Assembly: GCA_030650275.1 (NCBI GenBank)
Contig: JAUSEK010000011.1
Span: 73,890 to 137,889 of the forward strand
Length of the DNA stretch: 64,000 bases
Reading direction: 5' to 3'
From: Candidatus Omnitrophota bacterium
Lineage (GTDB): Bacteria; Omnitrophota; Gorgyraeia; Zapsychrales; Fredricksoniimonadaceae
Part shown: positions 7,899-17,502 of the stretch, piece after piece
Numbering within the stretch: position 1 is the first letter of the stretch
Layout of the letters: the number at the start of each line of letters is the position of its first letter
The notes under the pieces: model-generated
Seen by the model: the letters and a program-made list of their open reading frames with translations, nothing else
Databases searched by the model: none
What the model was told of the DNA's origin: nothing
Made by a program: the position numbers and the translations under genes

Positions 7899-10061
7899 AT
7901 GGCAAAACAACAAAGAATGATCATCACAGGCGTCAGCGGCCTTTTGGGCAATAATCTCGCCCTTTGCCTGAAGGATGATTACACCATTTTAGGATTGTTC
8001 CATCAGCATCCCTGCGCCATTGAAGGCAATAGGCTTGAGCGGGTAGATTTAACGGACCCGGACCGGGTTAGAACTGTCGTCAGGGAGTTTCAACCAGATG
8101 TTATTATCCATTGCGCGGCCCTTTCGGATATCGAATATTGCGAAAGTCATCAGGATCTGGCCACCAAGGCCAATGTTCTGGCAACACGCCATCTCATCGA
8201 AGCCATTGACCAGACCCCCTGCCAATTTATTTTTATCTCAACAGATTCTATTTATGATGAGACCAAGGGTCCTTTGATCAATGAACAGGGAGCGGTCAAT
8301 CCTTCCAATCATTATTCATGGACAAAGATCGAAGCGGAAAAAGAGGCCTTAAAGCATAAAAATACTCTTATTCTAAGGACCAATATTTTTGGCTGGAATA
8401 TCCAGGAAAAATTCAGTTTAGGCGAGTGGATCATCCACGAACTTTCGCATCAGACCAAGATCAAGGGGTTCAGCGACGCTGAATTTTCATCCATTTATAC
8501 TTTTGAACTGGCAAAGCTCATTGACCGCGCCATCCAAAAAAAGATCCGGGGGGTTTACAATGCCGCCAGCCGCACGCATTTGTCAAAATACCAATTTGCC
8601 CGCGCGATCGCCCGGCGCTTTCAACTGGATGAGACATTGATCGAGCCGATCCCTATCGGTGATTTTGCTTTTAAAGCCAAACGCCGGAAGTTCATGGCTT
8701 TGGACACAGGCAAAATACAGCGGGCTTTGAATGTTCCGTGTCCGACCATTGAAGAATGCATAGAGAAGTTCTATCAGGATCATCAAAAAGGAGTGCCTGC
8801 CAGGATCAAACAAGGCCGGCAGGGGAGCGTTTATCCGCAACTTGATTTTATTCCTTATGGGCGTCAGTGCATTGAAGATGATGATATCCGGGCGGTGACG
8901 GATGTTTTAAAATCAGGGTATCTGACGCAAGGGCCCAAGATCGCGGAATTTGAAGAGGCATTGAAAGCAAAGACCGGCGCTTCATTTGCCGTTGCCGTCA
9001 ATTCCGGAACGTCTGCTTTACACATCGGCTGTCTGGCGGCCGGTATTCATGCCGGCGATGAGGTGATCACCTCGCCCAATTCGTTTGTGGCGTCCGCCAA
9101 TTGCATCGTTTATTGCGCAGGCACGCCGGTTTTTGCCGATATTGATCCCAAGACCTATAATATTTCCCCCCTGGCGCTCGAGCAGAAAATGACAAGGGCC
9201 ACCAGGGCCGTCATCCCTGTTCATTTTGCCGGCCAAAGCTGTGATATGCAGGCGATCCATGATATTGTCCGGCAAAAACAGAAGGAATACGGCCACAAAA
9301 TTTATATCATTGAAGACGCTTCCCATGCGTTGGGGTCCTCTTATAAGGCCAAGAAAGTCGGGTCCGGCGCGTATTCGGACATGACGGTCTTGAGTTTTCA
9401 TCCGGTCAAACACATCACCACGGCCGAAGGGGGCGCTGTCCTGACCAATGACGAGAAATTATGCCATTCCTTAAGACGGTTTCGTTCCCATGGGATCACC
9501 AATGATCCCCTGGAATTGGTCAATGAGGATGAGGCCTTTGAGCCCTCTCACGAGGGGGAACGGATCAAGCGGCCCTGGTACTATGAGCAGCAGGATTTAG
9601 GGTTCAATTACCGGATCACGGACATTCAGTGCGCTTTAGGCATTTCCCAGATCAAGAAATTGGACCGTTTTATAAAGCGCAGAAAAGAGATCGTCGGGCG
9701 TTACAATGCCGCTTTTGAAGGGCTTGATCATGTCACGACACCCTTTGAAGCCGATTTTTGTCAAAGCAATTTTCATCTCTATGTTTTGCTGTTTGATTTT
9801 GGGAAATTGGGGATGTCCCGCGCGCATTTGATGCTTGAGTTGCGCAAAAAGGGCATTCAAACGCAGGTGCATTACATTCCCATCCCCACGCAGCCCTATT
9901 ATCAAAAGAAATTCGGATACCGACGGGGTCAGTATCCCCATGCGGAGAATTATTATCAGCGCTGTTTATCGATCCCTCTTTTCGCCGCGATGAAGGACGA
10001 GGAGGTCGGGAAGGTCATTGAAGCCATTCGTAGTTTAAAACCGGTCCCCGTCCACCCATGA
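7899..10061 (+). CDS. pseC: Fusion: RmlD-like NDP-4-keto-sugar reductase (aa ~1-300) + PseC-type PLP aminotransferase (aa ~316-720)
   Basis: N-terminal half: TGVSGLLG, HCAA, ISTDSIY, YSWTK. C-terminal half: IPYGRQ, LTQGP, EDASHA, SFHPVKHITTAEGG, LGFNYRITDIQCALG. One open frame. Confidence 0.85.
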   Translation: MAKQQRMIITGVSGLLGNNLALCLKDDYTILGLFHQHPCAIEGNRLERVDLTDPDRVRTVVREFQPDVIIHCAALSDIEYCESHQDLATKANVLATRHLIEAIDQTPCQFIFISTDSIYDETKGPLINEQGAVNPSNHYSWTKIEAEKEALKHKNTLILRTNIFGWNIQEKFSLGEWIIHELSHQTKIKGFSDAEFSSIYTFELAKLIDRAIQKKIRGVYNAASRTHLSKYQFARAIARRFQLDETLIEPIPIGDFAFKAKRRKFMALDTGKIQRALNVPCPTIEECIEKFYQDHQKGVPARIKQGRQGSVYPQLDFIPYGRQCIEDDDIRAVTDVLKSGYLTQGPKIAEFEEALKAKTGASFAVAVNSGTSALHIGCLAAGIHAGDEVITSPNSFVASANCIVYCAGTPVFADIDPKTYNISPLALEQKMTRATRAVIPVHFAGQSCDMQAIHDIVRQKQKEYGHKIYIIEDASHALGSSYKAKKVGSGAYSDMTVLSFHPVKHITTAEGGAVLTNDEKLCHSLRRFRSHGITNDPLELVNEDEAFEPSHEGERIKRPWYYEQQDLGFNYRITDIQCALGISQIKKLDRFIKRRKEIVGRYNAAFEGLDHVTTPFEADFCQSNFHLYVLLFDFGKLGMSRAHLMLELRKKGIQTQVHYIPIPTQPYYQKKFGYRRGQYPHAENYYQRCLSIPLFAAMKDEEVGKVIEAIRSLKPVPVHP

Positions 10062-10954
10062 CATTATTTTCGCGTATAGGACTTGGGACGGCACAGTTTG
10101 GCCAGGATTACGGGATCGCCAATAAAGGCGGGAAGATCCCCCGGGAAGTGGTTTTTGATATTCTCAAGTCAGCGGCGGACCGCGGCATTCTTCTTTTAGA
10201 CACGGCCTGTGCCTATGGAGACAGTGAAGCTGTTATCGGAGAATTTATCAAGAAGGGTCCATCCCCGTTTCGGGTGGTGTCAAAATTTTCCCTGGATCCT
10301 TACAAAGAAGGAGGATTAAAGCAGCTTTTACGGCAATCTCTGGCAAAAATGAACACCGCCGGCGTTTATGGATATTTGGCCCACCGTTTGACGGATGTTT
10401 TGAATGATGAGCGCCTTTGGGCGGATATGCTGGAGGTCAAAAGGCAAGGCCTTGTTCAAAAGATCGGGGTTTCCGTCTATTCACCGCGTGAACTGGAAGA
10501 ACTGGACAAGCGCGATATCAAATTTGACCTCGTTCAATTTCCTTACAGTATTTTTGACCGGCGATTTGAAAAATGCATGCACGGATTGAAACAAAAGAAT
10601 ATTGAAATTCACGCGCGGTCCGTCTTTTTGCAAGGCCTTGCATTTATGAAGGCCGATCAACTGCCGGGGCATCTCAAAGAAGCGGGGGTCCCGTTGAGGG
10701 GACTTGCGGAACTTTCGCTCAAGCACGGCATTTCCGTTCAATCGCTGTGTTTAAATTTTGCTTTATTAAATCCTCATATTGATCGGGTCATCATGGGGGT
10801 GGGCGGCTTACGGCATTTTGAAGAAAATTTGAAAGGCCTTGAGGATTTTGATAAGGTCCGCGGTATTTATGATCAACTGCAGGGATTGAGCATCGGCAAT
10901 GAAGATATTCTTCTGCCTAACCGTTGGCCGTTAGCAATGCCGAGCAGGCGATAG
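10058..10954 (+). CDS. Aldo/keto reductase
   Basis: IGLGTAQFG, LDTACAYGDSE, KIGVSVY, ARSVFLQGL. Confidence 0.88.
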   Translation: MTLFSRIGLGTAQFGQDYGIANKGGKIPREVVFDILKSAADRGILLLDTACAYGDSEAVIGEFIKKGPSPFRVVSKFSLDPYKEGGLKQLLRQSLAKMNTAGVYGYLAHRLTDVLNDERLWADMLEVKRQGLVQKIGVSVYSPRELEELDKRDIKFDLVQFPYSIFDRRFEKCMHGLKQKNIEIHARSVFLQGLAFMKADQLPGHLKEAGVPLRGLAELSLKHGISVQSLCLNFALLNPHIDRVIMGVGGLRHFEENLKGLEDFDKVRGIYDQLQGLSIGNEDILLPNRWPLAMPSRR

Positions 10955-10965
10955 GGAATATTCTT

Positions 10966-12294
10966 ATGTTAAAGACAGAAAAAATAAATAAGGGTGCGGC
11001 ATTGTGGAAAAAAGCAAAAACGTTTATTCCGGGCGGCAATCAACTGCTTTCCAAACGCTCGGAGATGTTTTTGCCTGACCAGTGGCCGGCGTATTACAAG
11101 AAAGCCAGGGGCTGTGAGATTTGGGACCTTGATGACCGTCACTATTACGATATGAGCATCATGGGCATTGGGAGCTCTCCTTTGGGCTACGCCCATGAGG
11201 AAGTCAACGCGGCGGTGCACCAGGCGATCGATGAAGGGAATATGACGACCTTGAATTGCCCCCAGGAGGTTGAGCTTGCCCAAAAGCTGGTGGATCTGCA
11301 TGCCTGGGCGGATATGGCGCGTTTTGCCCGTACCGGAGGGGAGGCCTGCGCCATTGCGGTGCGCATTGCCCGCGCCTTTACTCAAAAAGACAGGATCGCT
11401 TTTTGCGGTTATCATGGCTGGCATGATTGGTATCTGGCGGCTAATCTATCAGACGCAAAGAATCTGGACCAACTCCTTTTGCCGGGCCTTAGTCCGGTCG
11501 GAGTTCCCCAACACTTAAAGGGCAGCGCCATCCCTTTTTATTATGGAGATGCGCAAGCGTTTAAGGAATTGGTCCAACAGCATAAAGCTGATCTGGGCGT
11601 TGTGATCATGGAGGTTGCCAGACACTCCCAGCCGGATATTGATTTCTTGCGTACGATCCGTGAAATGACCCGGGACATGGGGATCGTGCTGATCTACGAC
11701 GAGATCTCCTCCGGATTCCGGTTGAATACCGGAGGGCTCCACCTGTTGTATGACCTTCAGCCGGACATGGCTGTTTTAGGAAAGGCCTTGGGCAATGGAC
11801 ATCCCATTTCCGCGATCTTGGGAAGAGAAAAAGTCATGCAGGCCGCTCAAGAGACATTCATCAGCAGTACTTATTGGACGGAACGCACGGGCTATGCCGC
11901 AGCCCTTGAGGTGTTAAAGATCTATGAACGGGACGCTGTGCCCCAGCAATTGATCAAACAAGGAAATAAGATCCGATTGGGTTTGGAAGGCCTATTCAAG
12001 AAACATCAATTGAATATTGAGATTGAGGGACTCGCATCAAACCCCATTTTTATGATTAAAGAAAAAGACGGACTTCTGATCAAGTCCGTGTATACGCAAG
12101 AAATGTTAAAACGCAGCTTTTTAGCTTCTTCCGTTATCTATGTATCCATAGCGCATACGGACAAGATCATTGATCTATTCTTGGCGAATGCTGATGAAGT
12201 TTTTGGATGCATATCTGCCGCGATCAAAGAGGGTCAATTGGCGTCATTATTGAAGGGGCCTGTTTGTCACAGTGGATTTAAAAGGTTAAATTAA
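10966..12294 (+). CDS. Class III PLP aminotransferase (glutamate-1-semialdehyde aminomutase-like, sugar-cluster type)
   Basis: PGGNQLLSKR, RFARTGGEA, CGYHGWHDW, DEISSGFR, LGKALGNG. ATG 10966. Confidence 0.85.
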   Translation: MLKTEKINKGAALWKKAKTFIPGGNQLLSKRSEMFLPDQWPAYYKKARGCEIWDLDDRHYYDMSIMGIGSSPLGYAHEEVNAAVHQAIDEGNMTTLNCPQEVELAQKLVDLHAWADMARFARTGGEACAIAVRIARAFTQKDRIAFCGYHGWHDWYLAANLSDAKNLDQLLLPGLSPVGVPQHLKGSAIPFYYGDAQAFKELVQQHKADLGVVIMEVARHSQPDIDFLRTIREMTRDMGIVLIYDEISSGFRLNTGGLHLLYDLQPDMAVLGKALGNGHPISAILGREKVMQAAQETFISSTYWTERTGYAAALEVLKIYERDAVPQQLIKQGNKIRLGLEGLFKKHQLNIEIEGLASNPIFMIKEKDGLLIKSVYTQEMLKRSFLASSVIYVSIAHTDKIIDLFLANADEVFGCISAAIKEGQLASLLKGPVCHSGFKRLN

Positions 12295-13040
12295 TGGTCT
12301 TAGCGATCGTGCAGGCAAGAATGTCAGCATCACGGTTACCGGGCAAGGTCATGAAGAAAATCTTGGGCAAACCGATCATCGGGTATTTGTTGGACCGGCT
12401 TAAAGCATCCAAACGCATTGACAAAATTATTTTGGCCACATCTACCAATCAAGAAAACGATGAACTTGTGTCTTATGTTCAAGGCTTGGGATTTGATGTA
12501 TGGCGGGGGAGCGAAGAAGATGTGTTAGGACGCTTCTTTTTTTCCGCTAAGAAATACGCGGCTGATACGGTTGTCCGTATAACGGGAGATTGCCCGCTGA
12601 TAGACACGCGGATCTGTGACCAATTGATAGATGAATTTACCAAACATCAGGTTGATTATGCTTTTCTGGCACCTAGTTTTGCCGAAGGCCTGGATTGTGA
12701 AGTTCTGAAAGCAACGGCTTTAGAAAAATGCCACCAACATGCCAAATTAGCTTCAGAACGCGAACATGTGACGCCCTATATCAAGAACCATCAGGACCAG
12801 TTTAAGTTATTTTGCATGGATAACCGCGAAGATCATAGCGGTTATCGCGTTGTCGTGGATGAACCGGAAGATCTTGCCATGTTAGAGATCTTATTCAATG
12901 ATTTCTACAAAAAGATACATCCGCAGGGCAGTTTTGATGAAATTAAAGCATACCTGGACCAGCATCCTGAATTGGTCCGGATGAATTCTCATGTGGTCCG
13001 TAATGAGGGATTTATCAGATCGCTTCAGAAGGAAAGGTGA
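12294..13040 (+). CDS. spsF: SpsF-type cytidylyltransferase (CMP-nonulosonate synthetase, PseF role)
   Basis: IVQARMSASRLPGKV, GSEEDVLGRF, RITGDCPLID, REHVTPYI, VVDEPED. Confidence 0.85.
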   Translation: MVLAIVQARMSASRLPGKVMKKILGKPIIGYLLDRLKASKRIDKIILATSTNQENDELVSYVQGLGFDVWRGSEEDVLGRFFFSAKKYAADTVVRITGDCPLIDTRICDQLIDEFTKHQVDYAFLAPSFAEGLDCEVLKATALEKCHQHAKLASEREHVTPYIKNHQDQFKLFCMDNREDHSGYRVVVDEPEDLAMLEILFNDFYKKIHPQGSFDEIKAYLDQHPELVRMNSHVVRNEGFIRSLQKER

Positions 13041-13041
13041 A

Positions 13042-13596
13042 ATGAAAAAGGGAGTCCATCTTAAAACAAAACGCTTGGACCTTAAGACCTTGCGTGTCAG
13101 GCATATTTCGGATCAATACGTCAATGGTTTAAATGATGGACAGGTGAATAAATTTTTATTGGCCCCCAGGCAGAAGAAGCAAACAAGAAAAACGGTCAGG
13201 GATTATGTTGAGGCCAATCTCAATTCACCATCGGGCCTTCTATTCGGATTATTTCATAAGACCACAGGGGATCTGATAGGCACTTTGCGCGTTCATGACA
13301 TCTCCTATTTTCACTATTCTTGTTGTTTAGGGATCTGTTTATTTGACAGGTCCTATTGGGGCAAAGGTTACGCGCAAGAGGCCTTAAAAGAGGCCGTTCG
13401 TTTCGCGTTTAAAGAATTGAGGATGCATTACATTGAAGCGGGCATTTACCAGGGGAATAGGGCATCAGTACAATTGTTCAAAAAATGCGGATTCCGGAAA
13501 GTCGCGACCCATAGGGATAAGTACCGGTATGACGCGTCTTTTAGACCAGTGTTTATTTTTGGCAAGACAAATCCAGATTTTAAGCTTCGGTCATGA
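13042..13596 (+). CDS. GNAT N-acyltransferase (RimJ/RimL-like)
   Basis: LKTKRL.L, YWGKGYAQEA, N.AS..LFKKCGF. ATG 13042 follows RBS GGAAAGG. Confidence 0.82.
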   Translation: MKKGVHLKTKRLDLKTLRVRHISDQYVNGLNDGQVNKFLLAPRQKKQTRKTVRDYVEANLNSPSGLLFGLFHKTTGDLIGTLRVHDISYFHYSCCLGICLFDRSYWGKGYAQEALKEAVRFAFKELRMHYIEAGIYQGNRASVQLFKKCGFRKVATHRDKYRYDASFRPVFIFGKTNPDFKLRS

Positions 13597-13605
13597 GGGA
13601 TTTTT

Positions 13606-15681
13606 GTGTACTTTATTGAAAAATTAACAGTTTATTCGTGGTTGTTTTCTGTTCTTCCCGAGATCCAGCGGCGATCCAAGGCGGATAAAGATCAGGGGAA
13701 TACGCTTTTATATTATGTGGATGCGTCTTGCCAGGGGCTATGGTTGTCCCGATCGATGGCGGCTTTTCTTAAAATTGAGATCAAGCGGCTGGATTTCACT
13801 TTTTTTGACGCTAAAGACAAAAATGGCGATTTTCTTTGGTGGACAGTCATGTTTGAGGATCTTGCGGATCTGCAGAAATATATGTTCCGGTATCCGGCCT
13901 TACAGGAGATCATCCAGAAGAATAAGGCGGATGAGCACCTAAGGTTTTTTCTGATGAGACGTATTTTGTATTTTGATTCAAGCCTGTTTATCTTGATGCA
14001 CATTCTCCTGGTGCTCCGGGTCGCTTCTTTAAAGCGGAAAAAAGAGGAAAGGATCAACGTGTTCCTTTTTTCCTCCCAAAGGCCGTGGCTGTCCCAGGTC
14101 AAGAAATGGGCGGAGGCCCGGAATGTCAATATTATTCCCATGCGCCGGGGGCGCGGTTTTAGCGTCAAAGAGATCATGGCAGGCCCCGGTTTTATCAAAC
14201 ATTCCATCAAACAAGTCCTGTTCGCCTGGATGGGCACGCAAAAGGCCCTTGGAATGGCGGGTCAGGGCGATCAGAGGCATAGTCAGGACCTGTCACCCAA
14301 GATAGCCGTTGAATTTTATGGACATCTTAATCTTGATTCCCCGCAATTGAGCTCGGACCTATTTTTCTGTCAACAGGCAAGCACCTTGAATAAAGATATC
14401 CTGATCTATTTTCAGCATCCGGTGTTCCCGGTCTCGGATCAAGCGTGGGATGAGATCAAGGCGCATGGGATGTCAGCGGTTGTTATGAATCCCAGGGCAA
14501 CCACCACCTCCCGGGTCCCTTTATTCAATTATGTCGGTCAGTTGAGAGAAGAAGACCGCTCCAGGGGGGCAGCCGATGACAAGGGTAAGGATGATATCAG
14601 AAGAGATCTGTCCCGACAGGTCGCAGAATATTATAAACAGAAGGATTATTGGTCCAATTTCTTTGCGCGGCACAACATCAAAATGCATGTGTCGTGGTAT
14701 AAGATCGAATCCAAATATTTTCCGATGGCGGATGCTTTGAATGGCTTGGGAGGGGTATCTGTTATTTATCAAAGGTCTTTTGAAAGCGATTCAAATCCAT
14801 GGATGGTGACGAAAGCGGACGTTGTTTTTGGTTTTTCCAAGTTTGGGGCGCATTTGGGAAAAGACACGGATTCTGTGATCCCTTATTATGTTGTCACGGG
14901 CTATTTGGGAGACCACCGGTATCCAATTCTCAAAAAAGAAGCAAGCGTGATACGCCATGATCTGCAGCGTCATGGGGCCAATAGGATATTGGCCTATTTT
15001 GATGAAAGTTCCGTAGATGATCCGCGATGGAATATAGGGCATCAGGTGACGCAGGAGAATTACGCGTTCTTGCTCAAGAAAATCTTGGACACACCATCGC
15101 TCGGATTGATATTTAAGCCAAAGATATATTCAAATTTACGCAAAAGATTGGGGGAGGATATTGCCGATCTTTTGGATCGCGCCCAAGAGACGGGGAGATG
15201 TTATATATTTAAAGAAGTCGCGTTTCATCTGGGATCGCACCCTCCCGCGATAGCGGCATTGGCATCAGATATCGCCATTCATGGCCATCTTTGCGCGGCA
15301 ACAGCGGGCGTTGAATCAGCTTTGACGGGAACACCGACGCTGATGCTGGACAGGGAAGGTTGTTCCAAGAGCCCGGTCTATCAGTTAGGAGAAGGCCGGG
15401 TTGTTTTTAAAAATTGGGATGATCTCTGGAAAGCATGCCTTGATCACTGGGGCCATTCAGACGGGAGGCCCGGTTTTGGCGATTGGTCGCCGATGTTGGA
15501 TGAGCTGGACCCATTCCGCGATGGCCGGGCGGCCCAACGGATGGGCAGCTATCTTGAATGGATCTCCCAAGGGTTAAAAGCAAAGATCCCCCGCGAAATG
15601 ATTCTGGCGGATGCCGCCCAGCGATACGCCAAGATCTGGGGGCAGGACAAGGTATTGGCCATCAATCATGGCAGGTTATAA
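13606..15681 (+). CDS. Large uncharacterised surface-carbohydrate biosynthesis protein; candidate GT-B nonulosonyltransferase
   Basis: 691-aa soluble ORF inside the Pse module. C-terminal YFDES, IFKPK, TAGVESALTGTP and DPFRDGRAAQR resemble GT-B nucleotide-binding domain motifs. Confidence 0.5.
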   Translation: MYFIEKLTVYSWLFSVLPEIQRRSKADKDQGNTLLYYVDASCQGLWLSRSMAAFLKIEIKRLDFTFFDAKDKNGDFLWWTVMFEDLADLQKYMFRYPALQEIIQKNKADEHLRFFLMRRILYFDSSLFILMHILLVLRVASLKRKKEERINVFLFSSQRPWLSQVKKWAEARNVNIIPMRRGRGFSVKEIMAGPGFIKHSIKQVLFAWMGTQKALGMAGQGDQRHSQDLSPKIAVEFYGHLNLDSPQLSSDLFFCQQASTLNKDILIYFQHPVFPVSDQAWDEIKAHGMSAVVMNPRATTTSRVPLFNYVGQLREEDRSRGAADDKGKDDIRRDLSRQVAEYYKQKDYWSNFFARHNIKMHVSWYKIESKYFPMADALNGLGGVSVIYQRSFESDSNPWMVTKADVVFGFSKFGAHLGKDTDSVIPYYVVTGYLGDHRYPILKKEASVIRHDLQRHGANRILAYFDESSVDDPRWNIGHQVTQENYAFLLKKILDTPSLGLIFKPKIYSNLRKRLGEDIADLLDRAQETGRCYIFKEVAFHLGSHPPAIAALASDIAIHGHLCAATAGVESALTGTPTLMLDREGCSKSPVYQLGEGRVVFKNWDDLWKACLDHWGHSDGRPGFGDWSPMLDELDPFRDGRAAQRMGSYLEWISQGLKAKIPREMILADAAQRYAKIWGQDKVLAINHGRL

Positions 15682-15691
15682 AGAAGGTTAA

Positions 15692-16471
15692 ATGATGCCG
15701 GTCCATATCGGAATAAAAGTTTGGGCGCAAAACACCGCTTATATCCCGCACATTCAAAAATTGGGCCAACAGGGCCATTGTGATTTTGTGGAGATCTATG
15801 TCGGTGTCAAGGCAGAACAAGAAGAGGCCAGGTGTTGGCAGGATTTAGACCTGCCCATACGCTTGCACGCGCCCCACAGCTATGGCGGGTTTAATCCCGC
15901 GGACAGTGAGGGGATGGAGTTCAAACAAGAGGCCTTGCGTCGCCTTGAGAAGTTCCGGCGGCTTTTAGGGCCTGCCAGCATTATTTTTCATCCGGGGATC
16001 ATAGGCCCTTTGCAGGAAAGCATCAGGCAATATAAATTATTTAAACAGCAATTCCCGAAAATATTTAAAGCGGCGTTCATTGAGAATAAGCCGTCCATAG
16101 GTCCCAAGCAAGAATCTTGCCGGGGAGATAGCGTTGAAGAAATACGGCCATTGATGCAGGCCATCGGTTTTGGCTTTTGCCTGGACTTTGGCCACGCGGC
16201 TTGTCATGCCGCGTGGGCCAAGAAAGATTGGCGTCAGGTCGTTGAGGATTTTATGCAATTACGCCCGCAATTATTTCACATTTCCGACGGAGACATCCAT
16301 TCTCCCGTAGACAAACACCGTCATTTGGGGGCCGGCAGTTTTCCATTAAAGCAGATGCTGGATTTTTTACCCAAGGATGCGTTCTTAACGCTGGAAACTC
16401 CTCATGATCATGAGGACAACCTGGACGATTTTTCCAAAGACGCGGATTTTATCAGGGGTCTATTAAAATGA
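15692..16471 (+). CDS. TIM-barrel metalloenzyme (AP endonuclease 2/xylose isomerase-like)
   Basis: LHAPH, IFHPG, IENKP, CLDFGHA, FHISDG, DKHRHLGAG, LETP. Confidence 0.8.
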   Translation: MMPVHIGIKVWAQNTAYIPHIQKLGQQGHCDFVEIYVGVKAEQEEARCWQDLDLPIRLHAPHSYGGFNPADSEGMEFKQEALRRLEKFRRLLGPASIIFHPGIIGPLQESIRQYKLFKQQFPKIFKAAFIENKPSIGPKQESCRGDSVEEIRPLMQAIGFGFCLDFGHAACHAAWAKKDWRQVVEDFMQLRPQLFHISDGDIHSPVDKHRHLGAGSFPLKQMLDFLPKDAFLTLETPHDHEDNLDDFSKDADFIRGLLK

Positions 16472-17502
16472 TGATCCAGGGCAGGCGGATAGGGGCGGGG
16501 CAGCCCTGTTATGTCATTGCCGAATTATCCGCGAACCACGGCGGAAGCCTTGAGCGCGCTTTGCGCATCGTTCGCGCGGCTAAAGAGGCAGGCGCGGATG
16601 CCATCAAGCTGCAGACATACACGGCAGACACAATGACCCTTGATGTGGACAATGAGTATTTTCGCATCAAAGACGGGTTATGGGGTGGTAAGAATTTATA
16701 TCAATTGTATCAGAAGGCCTCGACGCCATGGGAATGGCACAAGACATTAAAAGAAGAAGCAGATAAGCTGCAGATGCATTGCTTCTCCACCCCTTTTGAC
16801 GAAACAGCGGTGGATTTTCTGGAGTCATTGGGGGTTGCGGCATACAAGATCGCTTCTTTTGAATTGGTGGATGACCTTTTATTGATCAAGGTGGCCCATA
16901 CCCGAAAACCTGTCATTATGTCCACGGGCATGGCCACGTTAGAAGAGATCCGGCATGCCCTGCAGGTGCTCCATGACAACGGAACAAAGGAAATAGCATT
17001 GCTCAAATGCGTCAGCGCCTATCCCGCACCCGCACAGGAGATGCATTTGCGCACAATGTCCGATATGCGCGCACGTTTTAAGTGTCCGGTGGGTTTATCA
17101 GACCATACGTTAGGCCCGACGGTGGCCATTGCTGCCGTTGCCGTGGGCGCCGAATTATTGGAGAAACACATCAAATTAAACCAGGAAGACGATACGCCTG
17201 ACGCCGTATTTTCCATGACCCCTGAGGCCTTTGGAGATATGGTCCAGGCCTTGCGTTTGACCGAGTCCGCTTTAGGGGAAGTGCGCTATCAGAAGACGCA
17301 GCAAGAAGGCAATTCAGTGGTTTTTCGCCGTTCCATTTTTGTTTCCAGAGACATTAAAAAGGGCGAAGTATTCACATCGGAAAATATTAAAGTCATACGC
17401 CCGGGACAGGGCTTAAGTCCGAAGTATTATGCGCAATTGCTGGGCAGGAAGGCCAAACAAGATATTTCCCGGGGAACGCCGTTATCGAGGGCTATGATGT
17501 GA
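16468..17502 (+). CDS. pseI: Pseudaminic acid synthase (NeuB family)
   Basis: IAELSANHGG, AIKLQTYTADTMT, KIASFE, KCVSAYPA, GLSDHT, EKH; C-terminal SAF domain RRSIFV...IRPGQGL. Confidence 0.88.
   Translation: MMIQGRRIGAGQPCYVIAELSANHGGSLERALRIVRAAKEAGADAIKLQTYTADTMTLDVDNEYFRIKDGLWGGKNLYQLYQKASTPWEWHKTLKEEADKLQMHCFSTPFDETAVDFLESLGVAAYKIASFELVDDLLLIKVAHTRKPVIMSTGMATLEEIRHALQVLHDNGTKEIALLKCVSAYPAPAQEMHLRTMSDMRARFKCPVGLSDHTLGPTVAIAAVAVGAELLEKHIKLNQEDDTPDAVFSMTPEAFGDMVQALRLTESALGEVRYQKTQQEGNSVVFRRSIFVSRDIKKGEVFTSENIKVIRPGQGLSPKYYAQLLGRKAKQDISRGTPLSRAMM

Noticed and set aside
10966-12294. Calling the class III aminotransferase hemL
   Set aside because: It is embedded in a nonulosonate module and coupled to spsF, with no tetrapyrrole genes nearby.
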